Of a stretch of 64,000 bases of DNA, positions 1 to 13,731 are shown piece by piece. Source of the DNA: Chlorokybus atmophyticus (lineage: Eukaryota; Plantae; Mesostigma and Chlorokybus algae); contig RHPI01000671.1 in assembly GCA_009103225.1 (NCBI GenBank), positions 323,944-387,943 of the forward strand, read 5' to 3'. How positions within the stretch are numbered: position 1 is the first letter of the stretch; every line of letters starts with the position of its first letter. The notes beneath the pieces were generated by a model. The model saw only the letters and a program-made list of their open reading frames with translations, did no database searches and had not been told where the DNA came from. The translations under genes were made by a program, and so were the position numbers.

Positions 1-3
1 TCG

Positions 4-944
4 TTGACAGCGCCACACAAGATATCTCCTCCCTTAGCGTCCACATTTCATGACCACATGCCCATCCGCCTGCCGGTCATGATGATGGCGGCAGCTGCGG
101 ATCCTGCATACGAGCCTCTGCGGCTCAGCAACCTGCCTCATCAGAGCCAAGAACAACAGCAGCAACAACCCCTCACCCCCTCACCCCATGCGATTGTGCC
201 TCCAGTGTCCAGTGGTGGCTCCGCGTTCAGTGAAACGCCCCGTATGCTGGTTGGTCCCTTAGACTACAAAGGTGCGTGGACGCGATACCCGGTTGACTGT
301 GCTCCGTAATTGCATGTTGCTCAAAATTCTCAACAGTCTCTTGCACACCGGCAGAGCCCACAAGCGCGACAGAGGCTGATGATGACACGCATGACTTCCC
401 TTTTGTGGTGGACACTGACAGCCACGACGGCAGCCAGCCCGCGACTCCAGGACAGGTAAGTTACTTATGCACACCTACATTTTTGTCCAACCTTTATTTC
501 TTACCAGTGCGAGTCCATCTGTAGTTGTTGTGTACGCATACAATGCTGCAGGTCAGAACTTTTGTTACATAACGCTTGTAAACAGGTAACTACACAACAG
601 CGAAAGCACTGATGTGGTACAGGCGTATCATCACGTTTGCATGGTTGCAGGAGGACTCGTGCACCGTTTCTGCAGACACGGCAATGGGCTCGCTGGTGCG
701 TATGTTCAAGGCGGCCCCTCCACTACGCCCATCGCCAACAGAGTCTCACGACTCAACAGATGCTCAGCAGTCAATGCGGCAGCCATTGCAGCATCAGCAG
801 CTGCCACAACTATTGCTACAGCAACCAATGCAAGAGCCGCTCCGGCTCGGTGCCGTGCTGGACTCGTTGCATAAATTCAGAGCCATAAGCGCATTGCTGG
901 AGCGCTCCCATGCTCCGCCGCCTACCACAACTGCCGCGTGTTGA
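4..944 (+). CDS. ATG13: Autophagy-related protein 13, C-terminal part (gene starts before the window)
   Basis: GT-AG exons ..271, 337-455 and 651-944 splice in frame. They give DDTHDFPFVVDTD and ADTAMGSLVRMFKAAPPLR, matching the two conserved plant ATG13 C-terminal motifs (DFPFxVDD; DAAVGALVxMLKxAPPLR). TGA stop at 944. Confidence 0.75.
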
Positions 945-2474
945 TGGTGGGGCATGTGAACTTTATGTTGCAGGGCAGACGTTGTTGGTGCTTTGATGCA
1001 CAAGCATACTTGCTCTTTCCCCCTTTTGTTCAGAGAGCTGTAGAATAGATGCGGTGTAGTTTGCAGCTTGAAGTGTGCAGTGGTAGAAGTAGTTTGTACA
1101 GTTTTATGTATATAGCAGTTGCCATTCCTTTGCAATGGGGTTTGCTTGTACTTATTGGCAGGTCTTGCAGTTGATACGGTCACATCATGTTTGGTGTGCG
1201 CTGAGTTCATCCATGCTTCAATACGCATCAAGCATACCACGCAACCATGCAAGTGATCAATCTTCAACTACATTAACGCAACTCATCAAGCAATGTAGCA
1301 TGCGTGTAATGCAAATACGAGTGAGTTATGAGCTCAAAATTTAAGGCTCGCTTTTAAGTAATGCCAACGTTTCCATACGCGTTAAGCAAGGATTATTGTA
1401 CTTGGCTTGTTGTCACACCATATTTAAACTGAAAATGGCGTCGGCATTACCGTAAAAATCAGAGGACTTGCATTGCATTCAACCGGTTGATTAAAGTAGA
1501 TGATGCCTTCAGATGTTAAACTCTATAAGTATATGACGAAGTCTGAAGAAAAATGAGCATCATTGAATCAATATATCTTTTTACTTTTTTTATTTTTTTT
1601 TTATTTTTTTTTTAGTATGAACATCTCATCAGTAATTATTGTGAACATACATGATATTGTAAGACAATACCGCTAGCTGTATGTACAAACGATGTACAAG
1701 TTTCGATAACATGTTAATGTATGTTTTTTAAATAATGTGCACATGGCTCATTTGATATACGCGAGGGTCCCGCATGTAACGTGAGCGCATGCAATGTACT
1801 TTTGTTGACACATATTATTCAATGCGTCGGCAGCATGTATTATTCATCAAGTAATCACAAAATCTTGTACATGTATAAAGCAGTAAAAAAGTGCAGAACA
1901 AGTGCACACTCACACAAATATTGTCATTGCATTAATTTGAGTGCTTCTTGTACATATATAGCAATGCATGCTGATATGTGTATTTCTCATGTATTGTACG
2001 AGTTACTGTAATGCTCAAATCCATGTGTATGCTCAATCGAACATGTATCTCAGCCCGTATAACTTAACATGTAATTGAAGTAATTTATGTGTATGAAGTT
2101 TGACAATGCAAGTGTATATATTATTTATTTTGTACGTCATTTCTTGCTTAACGCATGTTCTATTATACGATGTGTCGGCATCTATTCTGGGCCCTCCATT
2201 GCCCTATATAAATGACGTAGTACATATGCACAATGTCACAATGTTAATGCAATAGCCCCGTAGCGTTGCCGCAATAGCCAACCACAAATATGCATATTAC
2301 ATGTCACATGCAATTGATGAGGCTGTATACCAGGCATGCGTGGGCCATGCATGTATAAAACTTTATCAATAACATGTAAATGGCTACATACCGTTGATGA
2401 TGCTCGCGATTGGCTGCTCTCCATGCCATGTTTGCTTGGGTGAGGTTGGGAGTCATTGCACGTTTTACCCAACA

Positions 2475-2532
2475 CCATCCCACCATCCCATCCCATCCCA
2501 TCCCATCCCATCATCATCATCATCAACATCAA

Positions 2533-2571
<39 letters not shown>
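2475..2571. repeat. Compound microsatellite (CCATC)n-(CAT)n
   Basis: Directly visible. Confidence 0.95.
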
Positions 2572-2572
<1 letters not shown>

Positions 2573-3333
2573 GGTCGATCCATCAACGACACTAGTCTGC
2601 ATTCCGCAGAGGCGCTCTGAACGGTCGCGTCGCAGAGTTCAATCTAATCTTATACTGTATCCGTCCCCGCATTGTCCGATAGCGACTCAGCACCCGGCCC
2701 CGGAGGAGGCTCGTTGAATGGGGCGAACTTGTTCATCATAACGGGGCGGACCAGGTGGCCTGGTGACACACGCATCAATTCACACAAAGAACCCCCAACG
2801 TAGTACGCACTCGTTTGCTAGCTAGTTGTGACGATGGACAGTCGTAGCAGAAGAAGTCGTCCGCTACGCAGTGTCGTTGCAGAGCAGCAGACGCAGTAGG
2901 GCTGGTTAGAAGTTGTTAGAGGGGAGCGGTTGTTGTCAAGGCATGGCTCGTGCTGCAGCCGTGTGGTCTTGCGGCCCCGCCACCCAGCGAGGCAGGTGAG
3001 AGGACAACAACAACAACAATAACAGCAACAGTATCAGCTGTCTTCATGTCTCATGATATATCACCTAGCTTTAGAGCAAAGGCACAGGCAGACAAGAAAG
3101 CAGCCCAACAGCATGACCTCAGCACAGATGATGTGGGTGAAACGCCTATGCTAGCATACCCCATCCGCAATGTGTGTCTGCATGCATTCACAAGTGTGTA
3201 CCAAGCAACAGTTGCACTCCAATTCATGACCAGCACGCATGCACGTTGTGCTGTACTGTTGCAAATTCTTCGTCTCGATTCTGTCTCGGGATCGCAATGT
3301 GGCAAATACAGCCCACGTGGTTGCTTTATCTAG

Positions 3334-6187
3334 TGCAAGTACACCACAACTGTTCCACTAGGCCGGCGCAGCTTGACGCCCACGCGGCTTCCAACACGCT
3401 CCTCTACGTGTGCGGCCGCACCGCTGTCCTCCTTCCCCTCCCAACAACAGCCCCAACTACAACAGCAAGAACACATGCGCCCGCACATGCGGCTCCCCTC
3501 ACCGTCGCGCGCCTCTCGCCAAACGGGGAGTGGGCCGCCACCGCCGACGCACTCGGCAACGTCAAGGTGCACATTGCAGTGGTTGTTGTTGTTGTTGTTG
3601 TTGACGTTGTACTGATATTGTTTCAACTCGACAGGTGTGGGGAGTGATCAATGAGGACCATCCCGTGAAGCTCGAGTGCAGGCCGCTGAGCGGTCCCGTG
3701 CTGGATCTCGCCTGGTCTCAGGCATGTGTGTGCATGTGAGTATGTGTGTGCGTGTGTGTGACATCTACTTGGTGTGGTAGGAAAGAGCAAGCGTTGCTAA
3801 TGTACTGTGTGTTGTACCTGGTGTTTGCACAGGATGGGCAGCGGATAGTTGTGTGCGGGGAGAACGCGCCTGGAGGGAAGGGCCCGCTAGTCAAATGCTT
3901 CATGTGGGACTCTGGCAACAGGTGTGTGGGCGTGCGCGTGCGGGCATGTTAGGCAAAGTTGGATCAGACACAATTGCCACTTCACACAACCTAACACTGC
4001 AGTGTGGGGGAGTTTGACGGGCACTCAAAAAGTGTACGCTCGTGCGATTTCCGCCCCACCCGCCCCTTCCGCATTGCAACGGGTAAGTGATAGACACAAC
4101 AAGCCAAAAGGCATACATACCGAGAGCGCGTTGTGACAAACCCAACAGCACATCACAGCACAACATCGCACCGCACCACACCAACACTAACACCCAACAG
4201 GTGGCGAGGACGGTTGCGCGAACATGTACGCCGGCCCGCCCTTCCGCTTCTCCGGCCGCCTCATCCCTCCAGACTCAGCAGCCACCACCTCCACCAGCAC
4301 CAGCACCAGCACCACCATCAACAACAGCAACAACAACAACCCCGCCATCAACTGCGTGCGCTTCAGCCCCGACGGTTCCCTACTCGCCGTGGCCGGCGCC
4401 GACGGCCGTGTGCGCATCCACAACGCCACGACGGGAGACCACACCACCAACATACACACAGACACCTCATCACCAGTCTATGCCATCTCCTGGATGCCCT
4501 CTCGCCCGCCAACGTCATCGACAATGTTGGCGGGTGCGTGCGCGGACGGTAGCGTGAGGGTGTGGGAGCTGTCAAGAACAGGGGAGGGAGGGGAGAAGGT
4601 GGTGTTGGAAGGGAAAGAGGTGGGGAGGGGAGAGGTTGGTGCTGGTATTGGAGACATGCAGGTGAGTATTTGAGTGAGTCAGTGATGATTCAATGAGTCA
4701 GTCAGTAAACAAGTGAACAGTCAGTTGATGCAGTGCTTCAGTGAGCTTATGTGCATGCGCATGTGCGGAAGTTTTCGCCGTCAGTGATGCCAGGCAGTGA
4801 GTGATGCAATTCGGTGCATCGCAGGTGGGTTGCGTGTGGGTAAGGGACCCGCTGCTGGTATCTCTCTCCCTCTGCGGCGACATCAACCACTTCAACCCAA
4901 CATCACTCTCACACGCACCCAACACCAACCCAGCAGTCCTCCACCCAACAACTCTCCACCGCGGCCACGCCAAAGCCATCACCGCCCTCGCCGTCTCACC
5001 CAACGCCGTCTTCTCTGCCAGCTGGGATGGCGCGATAGCAAACTGGTCAGCGTGTCCACATAACGAACACGCCTTTGGCACGCTTATACACTTCATCAGG
5101 AGAGAAGGACCCAAAGTGTACGCGCTCGCGGTTGGACACGACGGATGTGTACACGCCTGCACCGTGGATGACAAGATGCATGTGTTTGGGAAGGGGGAGG
5201 AGCAGGGGAGGAGCGCGTGTGTAAGCGTGGGGTCGGGACCGATTGGGTTGTGCGCGGCGGGGAGACTTGTGGCGTGCGCGGTATCGGATGGTACCGTCAC
5301 GATCAGAGTTGCAAAGGCAGCGGACGGTGGTGCGGGTGGTGATGGTGATGTGGTTGTGTGGCGGAGTGGACTGAAGATCACTGCCATTGCACTCTCCCCA
5401 GGTGCCGTGAGGAATCACTTTACTTCATTAACTAGTTTGTTTTGGGGTCAACACCTGTGCTCGTCGCACTCAATCAGTTACTCGCTCAGACACATGCACA
5501 CAGACAGGCACGTGTGCATATGCCACACAGACACTCACGCTCGCGCACGTGCACACACAAACATGAAAAAGTTCAGGGGAGTCGGCCTTCAGACACCAAC
5601 CTGTCAAACTCTTCTTTCCCTCCTGTCTACAGATGCTAGCGAGCTGGCTTTGGGCACTGACTCCGGCACCCTCCACACCTTCTCCCTCCCCTCTTCCTTA
5701 CTCTCCTCCTCCTCCTCCCCCTTCTCTCCGCCTCCCCTCCACTCCCTGTCCGCTCGCCACCGCGCGGCCGTCACCTGCGCGGCGTACTGCCCATCAAGGG
5801 CGATGATGGCCAGCGGCGACGCCGGGAGGGAGGTCGTGGTGTGGAGATGCGACACTGGAGAGGTGAGAGAGGTGTTGTGTGTGTTTGTTGTATTTCTGAC
5901 AATGACACTTGCTCTTGTGTAAGGCCCTCCCTGTGAAGTTGGTGCACCACACTGCGCGCGTGACCTGCCTGGCGTGGTCGCCAAGCGGGTCCACCTTGGC
6001 GACGGGGTCTCTGGACGCGAGCGTGATCGTATGGGATGTGGGTGACACGACCACCGCCGTGAAGAAGAAGGACGTCCTGAGGAACGCGCACGAGGGCGGC
6101 GTTGCGGCCGTCGGGTTCCTGAAGGAGGATCTGATCGTGAGCGGGGGACAGGACGCGTGCCTAAAGACTTGGCATGTGGATGTGTAA
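3334..6187 (+). CDS. AIP1: Actin-interacting protein 1 / WDR1 (WD40 beta-propeller); start codon/first exon not resolved
   Basis: About 8 exons give [75 protein letters not shown] and the C-terminal [24 protein letters not shown]...AHEGGV...[11 protein letters not shown], all collinear with plant AIP1. Confidence 0.92.
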
Positions 6188-7871
6188 CAGGGAGGACTCT
6201 TTGTGATATATGACAGCTTGGATAACTTGCTTCAAGGGTGTTGGTGTTGGTTGTACAGCTTCAAGTCGATGTGCGCAGCAAAAGCGGGTATGTTAGTCTC
6301 ACTCAAGTGGCAGCTACCATGGATTGGTCGAGTGTTGCTGTGTGCTAGTGCATTCCCATGTACAGGTGGTGCCCGTGCCTGCTCTTAGCAACATGCTTCT
6401 GCGGCCACTGAGACTTGTGTTTGGCTGACTGTACTGCTAGTAATATGCACAATCCTTCGGATGAAATGTACGCAGTTCCCAATTTGCACTGAGTGGTCAG
6501 GTTGTTCGCACGCTTGCGCTTGAAATGAATGTTGATTACCAAACATCTACATTGATAAGGCTTGCGGCTGTGGCGTACTTGGCTTCAGAGGAGTCGCTTC
6601 ATTGGACAATGTGCAGGCTGCAGAGTAGGCAAAACGGGTAACAGCGATTGCACACGGACGGCAATGACGATGACTGTGCCCACCACGTTGAATCCTACTT
6701 TCATGAGTTGTTGACGCTGCGTGTGTTCGCCCAGCGTTTAACGAGCTGACACTCCGTGTACGTTGCCAGTGGGGATACTAGCTGGTTTTGGCAGTGTTTG
6801 ACAGTGTTTCGCTCTGCTACACGGAGGCGTTGCCTCTACTGTAACCAAGCGCGACTGCGCGGTTTGCTGTGTCAAACTGGCAGCATGCGGGCACAGTGCA
6901 TCCTACATCCATTCTTCAAGTGGTCTGAACGGACACTTAGCTTTGCTGGCTGTCGCTTGGGTTTGCATAGGGTTGAGGCGGTTTGTGTGATCATTGTGGT
7001 AATGTGCTGGTAGGTATGGACACAGCATGGTGCACATTGGTTATTGCTTTCGTTGGTAGTTTGATGTAGGTGTGAGATGTGCGATTGGCAACTAGCGCGC
7101 ATCATCATGCGCATTCCTGTTTGGTCGTGGTGTGTGAGCTGTGTGGTAGCAATGGTCGCTCAGTACGTAGCGTGACACTTGTGTGCTATTCGAGGGAATA
7201 TATAGGTGTGAGGACTGGTGCTACGAGGCCTTGCAAAACAAGTCCTCATGCATACCAGTGTTTCTCTATTCCTGTGTTGGATTGTGCGCATATTCTTGCG
7301 TGTTGGAGCAATCAACATCATTGCTGGAGCATCTGGCATGCACTTGACGGTTGCAGTGATTGCGTACACCAAGCTGACATGACAGCCAATTTGAGTTAGG
7401 CGAAGCACGGCAGGAGCCAGTGCAAACAGCTGCAAGGGGTCGGCCTGAACTCCAAGCTGGCTTACAACCTGCGTGCACCCACCTTGCCACCATACACCAC
7501 TTGTCCCAGACAAGTCAGCCAGACTCATGGCCATGGCAACATGCAGCCGTCACGTTCAAGAAGTTCAGAGCCAAAATATGTACTGGCACAAGGCCAATAG
7601 CCACATTTAACATCTAAGCCAAGACTGGTGCACTGTGATGTCACTTTACTATATGGACGCTCACAGGCTTTTATTTATTTATCAGCAGTGGTTATGTACA
7701 GAGCGATGAGATAGAGTTGGTGACTTGAAATCGCACCTACAGCCGTCTCACCACCAACACCTGGTGGTCTACTTAGCGGCAGGGGTTACGCATATCCTGC
7801 GCTTGCCGGGCTTTGCTTTAGTCTTGTTTCCTTGTTTTCAATTACTCCAAACTCACCCACGGAGCTGGTCT

Positions 7872-10800
7872 CTAGCACCAGGCAGGGAAGGCTTCCCTCA
7901 ATGCGGTGTCGGTAGGGTTCTCCTGCATGTAGGCAATGCGCGACGACCTCCTCAGGATTTTCGTTGTGGTTTCTATTAGCTGCTTCATTTCTTCCGGTAG
8001 GTCCTCTGTTGAGAAATAGTCACTAGAAGCTGCCGATACCACCAGTCTGATGGTCTCTCGCACCGTTGTCGTCTGTTTCACGCAAGCATCCTGCTCTGCT
8101 GTTGTCTCATTTGACTCCCTGTCGCGAACTTGCGACAGCCTGGCTGAAGCTGAGTTGTCCTCATTTGCTGCAGCTTGCAATCGTTGCTGCTTTGAGGTCG
8201 GGGCAACATTTGCCCTTGAATTTTGGCGCTTGGGACCTGCGGGCATACCAGCACATGCTCAGCGTATGCATACATACACATTGTTGGCTTGTCACCCAGC
8301 CAACATGATTACGGTTAGTAAAGCAAGTACCTCGCGGCGGTCTGCCACTTGCAACGCGCACCAAGGTCGATTTCTCATGCCTTGTCGTGTGTTGGACAAA
8401 TGACTTCACCACAATCGGGCGCGCAGGTCGTTGCTGTTGATGTCTCAACTGCTCAGCCCTAACCTCGGACTCGAGAAGCTGCTTCAGTCTGTCTTTTCGC
8501 TCCTCGTCCGAGAGGGAAGACATTGCATCAAGCTCACCCTGCGGAATGCACGTGAGTTGTCACTCCATAAAGCCCTATGCCACTCCATGGCATAACAACA
8601 CTTGTTGATGCGATGTGTACATGCACAAGCTCCATACCTCCAAAGCGGCTAATGCTGCGGCAGGATTATGTGCTGCTGCGAAGTCAAGGGCGTTGGAAGC
8701 CAGCGGGCCCTCTTTTTCTTGCGACATGGAGGGGCTCATTCCTTGAAACTACACGCGACAAGTTTGGTAAGCGCGACTGCTTGATGGTCATCACACCGGA
8801 CTGCCTCGCTACCAGGCACTATGCACACTGATAGGCTTACATATGCATGAGAAAGAGCCTCTTCCGCTGAGCACCGGCGTTGCGGGTCAAATGCAAGCAT
8901 GCGCATCAAAAGGTCCATGGCTTGCGCTCCACCCGTGGATACTTTCTCCATCAGGCATCCAACCTGAGCAGGTCACAAAGCTTGGGCCTCAATGTCGCTA
9001 AGTAAGCGCATTCAGAATGGTACCAACATACCTGGCCCGGAAGGCACTTGAGATAGTTGCGCCACATTTCCCTTTGAATGCCGTCAATCTCATGCCATGA
9101 AGGAGTGCCAATTACGCTCACTATGCTTGCTATCTGCACCCGCAATGGTACAAGTTGTGGGAAATGGAGATTGATCAGTGTTTGCAAGAATAAAGCATTT
9201 TGCTCATGTGCAGAGTGACATGCAAATCCACCTGCTCAAAAAATCAGTACCTGCTCCAGCAGAGGTCGCAAGTCTTGTTTGTTCTCCATCGTGCTGCCAG
9301 AGTATCCTGGCTGATATCTGCAGCACACTCCCTGTCAGTCTACATGTATAACCACCATATGAACTACCAGCCTAGCATTTAAGTGCCGCACTCACCGAAT
9401 CTCAAATAGCGGCGTGGCACCTGGTGCATACCGGGAAGGTGCACCTTTGGGACGCAGCCTCTGCATTAATTCCTGCACATGCTTGGTAAGTCTCATGCAC
9501 TGACCACGCATTCAGCCAATCTCACGTGTCAGATGTGGCACGCCTGAGCTTACCCCAAATATGCAACCAGCGGACCACCTGTGGCAACACACCCACATGA
9601 AACCAAGAGTATAAGTATTTCAGCATCGATTGTTGGTGCACCAAGCATCACAGCCGAACCTCAATAATGCTTCTGCAACAAAAAGCATGGACTTACACAT
9701 CAATCTTGTCGGTGTAGTAACCGTTGGACATGATGACCTCGGGAGCACGGTAACAGGGCGTCACCACCTGATTTCCATTGGCATATGAGAAGCCGCAAAT
9801 GCATGGGGATGCTGATGCTATCAACACCATGGAAGGTGCAAGAACGTGGCACAATACAATGCGTACCGCACGGGTGTACTGTCTGGTGAGGCGTTGATTT
9901 GGACGAGCCTCTGTTTGAGGTAGCTCGCTGGACACAAGATCAGCCTGCCACAGCGATTTAGGCACAACAAAACAACGCAGCAATGCCAGCGCATATCTGA
10001 GCAAGACATCATGGACGCACCGAAGGAAATGCAGAACGTGCAAGCCCAAAGTCGCAAATCTTCACTTGATTGTCGCTGGTGACAAGCACATTCTGGCTTT
10101 TCACATCTCTGTCAAGATGTGAACAACACTCAGAACCCGCGTAACAGCAGCAATGCTGACACAGGCACAACGGCAGCACAGCACGTCACAGCACCTGTGC
10201 CAAACTCGACAACTGTGAAGGTATCGCAACCCTAGCAGCAGCTGGTGCATGATTTCCCTCACACGTTGCGCAGTGAGAGTGCCCTTGAATGCGAAAAGAT
10301 CACCACTGCAGAAATGCAAGCAGCATGAGCACAGAAACTCTTGCGAATTTGGCTGCAAGTTATAAGAGCATATATCTCACCCAGCGGCCAGCTCTGTGGC
10401 TATATACATGTCGATATCACTGTCATGTGTTGCAGGTTGCAGAAATGCGTCTGTCACTGCGGATCAACGAGATGTTTACGTCATGCAATGGCCAGACCCT
10501 TACAAGACCCTACACAGCAATTCATTGCGACTTGAGTGCGACAGATAGATGGATGGTGGACCTCTGGCCGAAAATGCAGAAGGATTTCCCGCTTTTCCTG
10601 CTTACTTGCAATAATGTTCGGATGAGAAAGGCGCCGCAGTATGCAAACTTCGCGGAGGATGCGCTTTGTCATTTCAGGGTGACAAAGCACACGGGGGATG
10701 CGCTGCAGCCAAGACCATATCAGCAACAGCCATGGAACAAGTGCAGCACATAGAACTAAAGCTCTAACATGTCATTATTATGGTCTGCAATATCAGCTGA

Positions 10801-11105
10801 GAACATGTGCTAGCAGTTCCGCCAAGTGGCTCACCTTCAGCGCAACTTGCCGGTTTAATTCTGAGTCAGAAGCCCGCACAACTTCCCCATAAGAGCCTTT
10901 ACCAAGCACCTCATGCAGCACATAACGCTTGGGCACTGCACGATGACAGCACAAATACATGCGTCAGACCTGTCCACGTTGTACCTTGCACAGCAAACCC
11001 CCAAGAAGCAAGCAGGCGGTCAGAAGCCACATGGGGCATGTCTGCATGCAAGATGTTGGTGTCTGGTACGAGGGACAAGCTCAATTGCTTGAACAACCTG
11101 TCCAC
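7872..11105 (-). CDS. MAP-kinase-like CMGC Ser/Thr kinase with atypical activation loop; 5' end uncertain
   Basis: Spliced exons give VLGKGSYGEV, VALK, KRILREVCILRRLSHPNII, LRYLHSCRVWHRDVKSQNVL, KICDFGLAR, TRQYTRAVVTPCYRAPE, DLLMRMLAFDPQRRCSAEEALSHAY and a long C-terminal tail ending TAG at 7872. Confidence 0.85.
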
Positions 11106-12274
11106 AGATTGCCATTGACAGTGTAGCGCCCCTCATCGCGATTGACGGCAATGACGCCAGGATGCCGGCCTCGCTGCATGGTTGAAGACAGCAGGCAGGA
11201 GCTTCTAACGCTTCAACTCATCACCAGCCAAGCACGCGTCCGCACTATACTCTGCAGGAGCATAGAACACTGTTTGCATAATGTGTCTGCCTGCATGTGC
11301 GTGTGTGTGCTTGCATGGATCTGTGTCACGTTCGCGAGTCAGCAAGAACGAGAGCAGCCCACGGCAAGCAACTAGCGAGGAACAGGGAGGGAGAATGCTG
11401 CATCGTCAAACATTAGCACCAGGCATCCATTGTCTGCCTGGTACCCAAAAATCGTGGGCACCATGTCAACTGGCATTGCACACCAGCGCAACAATGCACC
11501 TTCGGCGTAACACCGAAGGTGCAAGTGGGTGGTTGCTGACTTGGATAGGACGTCCAAGTACAACTGCATGCCATGCACTCACACCACATCACCCAGGCCG
11601 GCAGAACACTGACAGTGAGTCCATGCACAACCTTTCAACTCGAGTAACGTAGCTGTTTGACGGTTAGCTACGCTGGTCACGACCAACGCTTGCTTAAAAT
11701 CTTGCAACCTGCTTGTGCGCAGCTGCAGCGCTAACAATGTGCAGCTCTCCGCAGCAGACCCGACCGTTGTGTTGGGTTACCAAAGCGCTTGCACCAAACA
11801 CGCACACGAAACGTAACAGCTCACGACAAAGCAAGATTAGGCGCGAGTAAAACTCTGCTCAGGCAGCCGCTCCCCAACTAACCAGCTTTTGGGCATTGTG
11901 CACCGGCCAGGCAGCGGGGGACAAGCCGGTGCGGGGCAGCCCGCCTCCTCACCCCGCCGCTCTACAGACACCCCGCCCGGCGCAGTCGGTCACGGCAACC
12001 CCCCACGACACTGCACCCGACTGCACAATTCCCAGCCGTCGCCAACACCGCCGTCGCCCTGCCACACGCCGCCCACGTCCCCGCCGCCGCCTTCACTGAC
12101 GAGCTTAACGTCCCTACCAAGAACGCCGCAAGAACGCAGAACGTTAGCAATGAGGAAACCTACCGTCGCACACAGCAGGGTTCAGCATCAATCTTGAACG
12201 CTCGCTGTGTGCAGCTGATAACAGTGATAAGCTCGAGGGGCCGTGCGATCACTGAGACAACGAGACTGACGCGA

Positions 12275-12800
12275 CTACCGTACCACGGCACACCTTTGCG
12301 CAAGTTGAGGTTGACAGTCCAGTCGCGAGTGCAATTTTGGGCCTGATGGTAAACGTTCTACCAAACGGCGCGCCAAGGCGACTTGCCTGGGTACCGCAGC
12401 TGTCGGCAGGCCGAAGGCAATCTCGGGGGTATCTCGTGAGCGATTCCTGCGGGTTTCGCCAGTACTACGCCACCAAGTCCCCCGCAAAAGTTTCTCAAGT
12501 CGCGGGTTTGGTAGCACAATTGTAATGTCTATGGCATGCGGGTTATGTAAACCTTTCATACACACATCACCGACATGGACCGTAGTGCCGCCAATCCTGC
12601 GTGACAAATTACTCGGGCTGGCCGCTGTACGAACTTCTATAAGCTATTTGCCGGCATCTAACATGCGTTTCTGGAGGTTATCATATGGTAGAGCGCGGGG
12701 TAACAAACTTAAAAGTAACTTATGGGCGCTACTTCTGACAAAGATTTCGCGGCACTACGGTATACCAGCAGTTAGCATGCACAGTGTGTTATGGCACACA
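12275..12800 (-). mobile_element. Possible decayed restriction-like-endonuclease (RLE) region of a non-LTR retrotransposon
   Basis: Fragments HNTLCMLTAGIP*CRE and HVGDVCMKGLHNPHAIDITIVLP loosely resemble RH(N/D)...AG...E / (P)D...D(V/I)T(I/V)xxP of RLE domains. No RT was recognised. Confidence 0.25.
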
Positions 12801-12821
12801 TGACCCATCCCAAACATGTGC

Positions 12822-12894
12822 CGAAACCCCAAATGAGAAACCAGCTAGCATGACATGACATGATATGCTAGCTGGCTTCTCATTTGGGGTTTCG
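12822..12894. repeat. 73-bp near-perfect inverted repeat (30-bp arms, 13-nt loop)
   Basis: CGAAACCCCAAATGAGAAACCAGCTAGCAT (12822-12851) versus the reverse complement of 12865-12894: 29/30 match. Confidence 0.92.
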
Positions 12895-13731
12895 CCAAGC
12901 ACCAGATGAAGGAGCCGGCGATAGCAAAATGTTGCTCTACCGCAGAGCCTCTGCGTACACAGCTGCGAATCCCCGCCAAAGTCGCAGCTCTAGGCCAACC
13001 GTACCACTGCAGTCCAAGCCGAGGATCCTGGGATGCTGCATGATTGGGGACTTCGTTTAGTTTGCCTGCGTCGTCTCTGTAATTGACTGCCAGGATTAAT
13101 GTGGTCTACGGTGGCTTCGCCGTTGTAAGTATCAATGCAGTCGACGGCATAAAATGTACTGTGCGGCACCCTAACTGCGCCGTAGCAAAGTGCTTCAGAG
13201 TTTTGGTGACGTCACGGTGGTGTCACGACATGAGGCAAAGTCTCGCCGACACCAGTGCAATAAGTGTCAGTGCAGGGCCGCTACTAGCGGCAGAAGGCCG
13301 CTAGACAACTCGCCCTGCAAGTTGCAGGCGACTGGCCGGCGGCGAAGGAAAGCAAAGAATACCGGCCACACGTGCCCAGCATGGCGAGTCGCCATAGCCG
13401 AAGCCGTAGTTTAACCGCCCATTCACAAATGCTCCTGATTGACAAAATGATCGTGTCGATTAGATGCAGCTGAGCTGCAGTAGCTCAGCAAAAGTTGCCG
13501 GCAAGTCACCAACAATGCAAATCATTCAATAGAAGTGAATGACTGCTAGGCGCTTCCGTAACGCGTAGCGTCGCGTCTCTTCCTTACGCGCGCATTTGTC
13601 GGTCAAGCAGCATCTGCCGAACAGAGATTGCATGAACAAGCTGAACCTGCTGAACACCTGTAGGCCGAGGCTACAGCAGGCCGCGGTCTTACCGATTACG
13701 GACGCTCGCGGTACCGTGTTTGACAAATGCC

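Noticed and set aside
552-585. Extra AG..GT-bounded micro-exon in the ATG13 intron
   Set aside because: Would introduce a stop or frameshift, the flanking exons join in frame without it, and there is no transcript evidence.
1340-2230. AT-rich block with T-tract as a MITE or other element
   Set aside because: No TIRs, TSD or coding remnant found; may be plain intergenic DNA.
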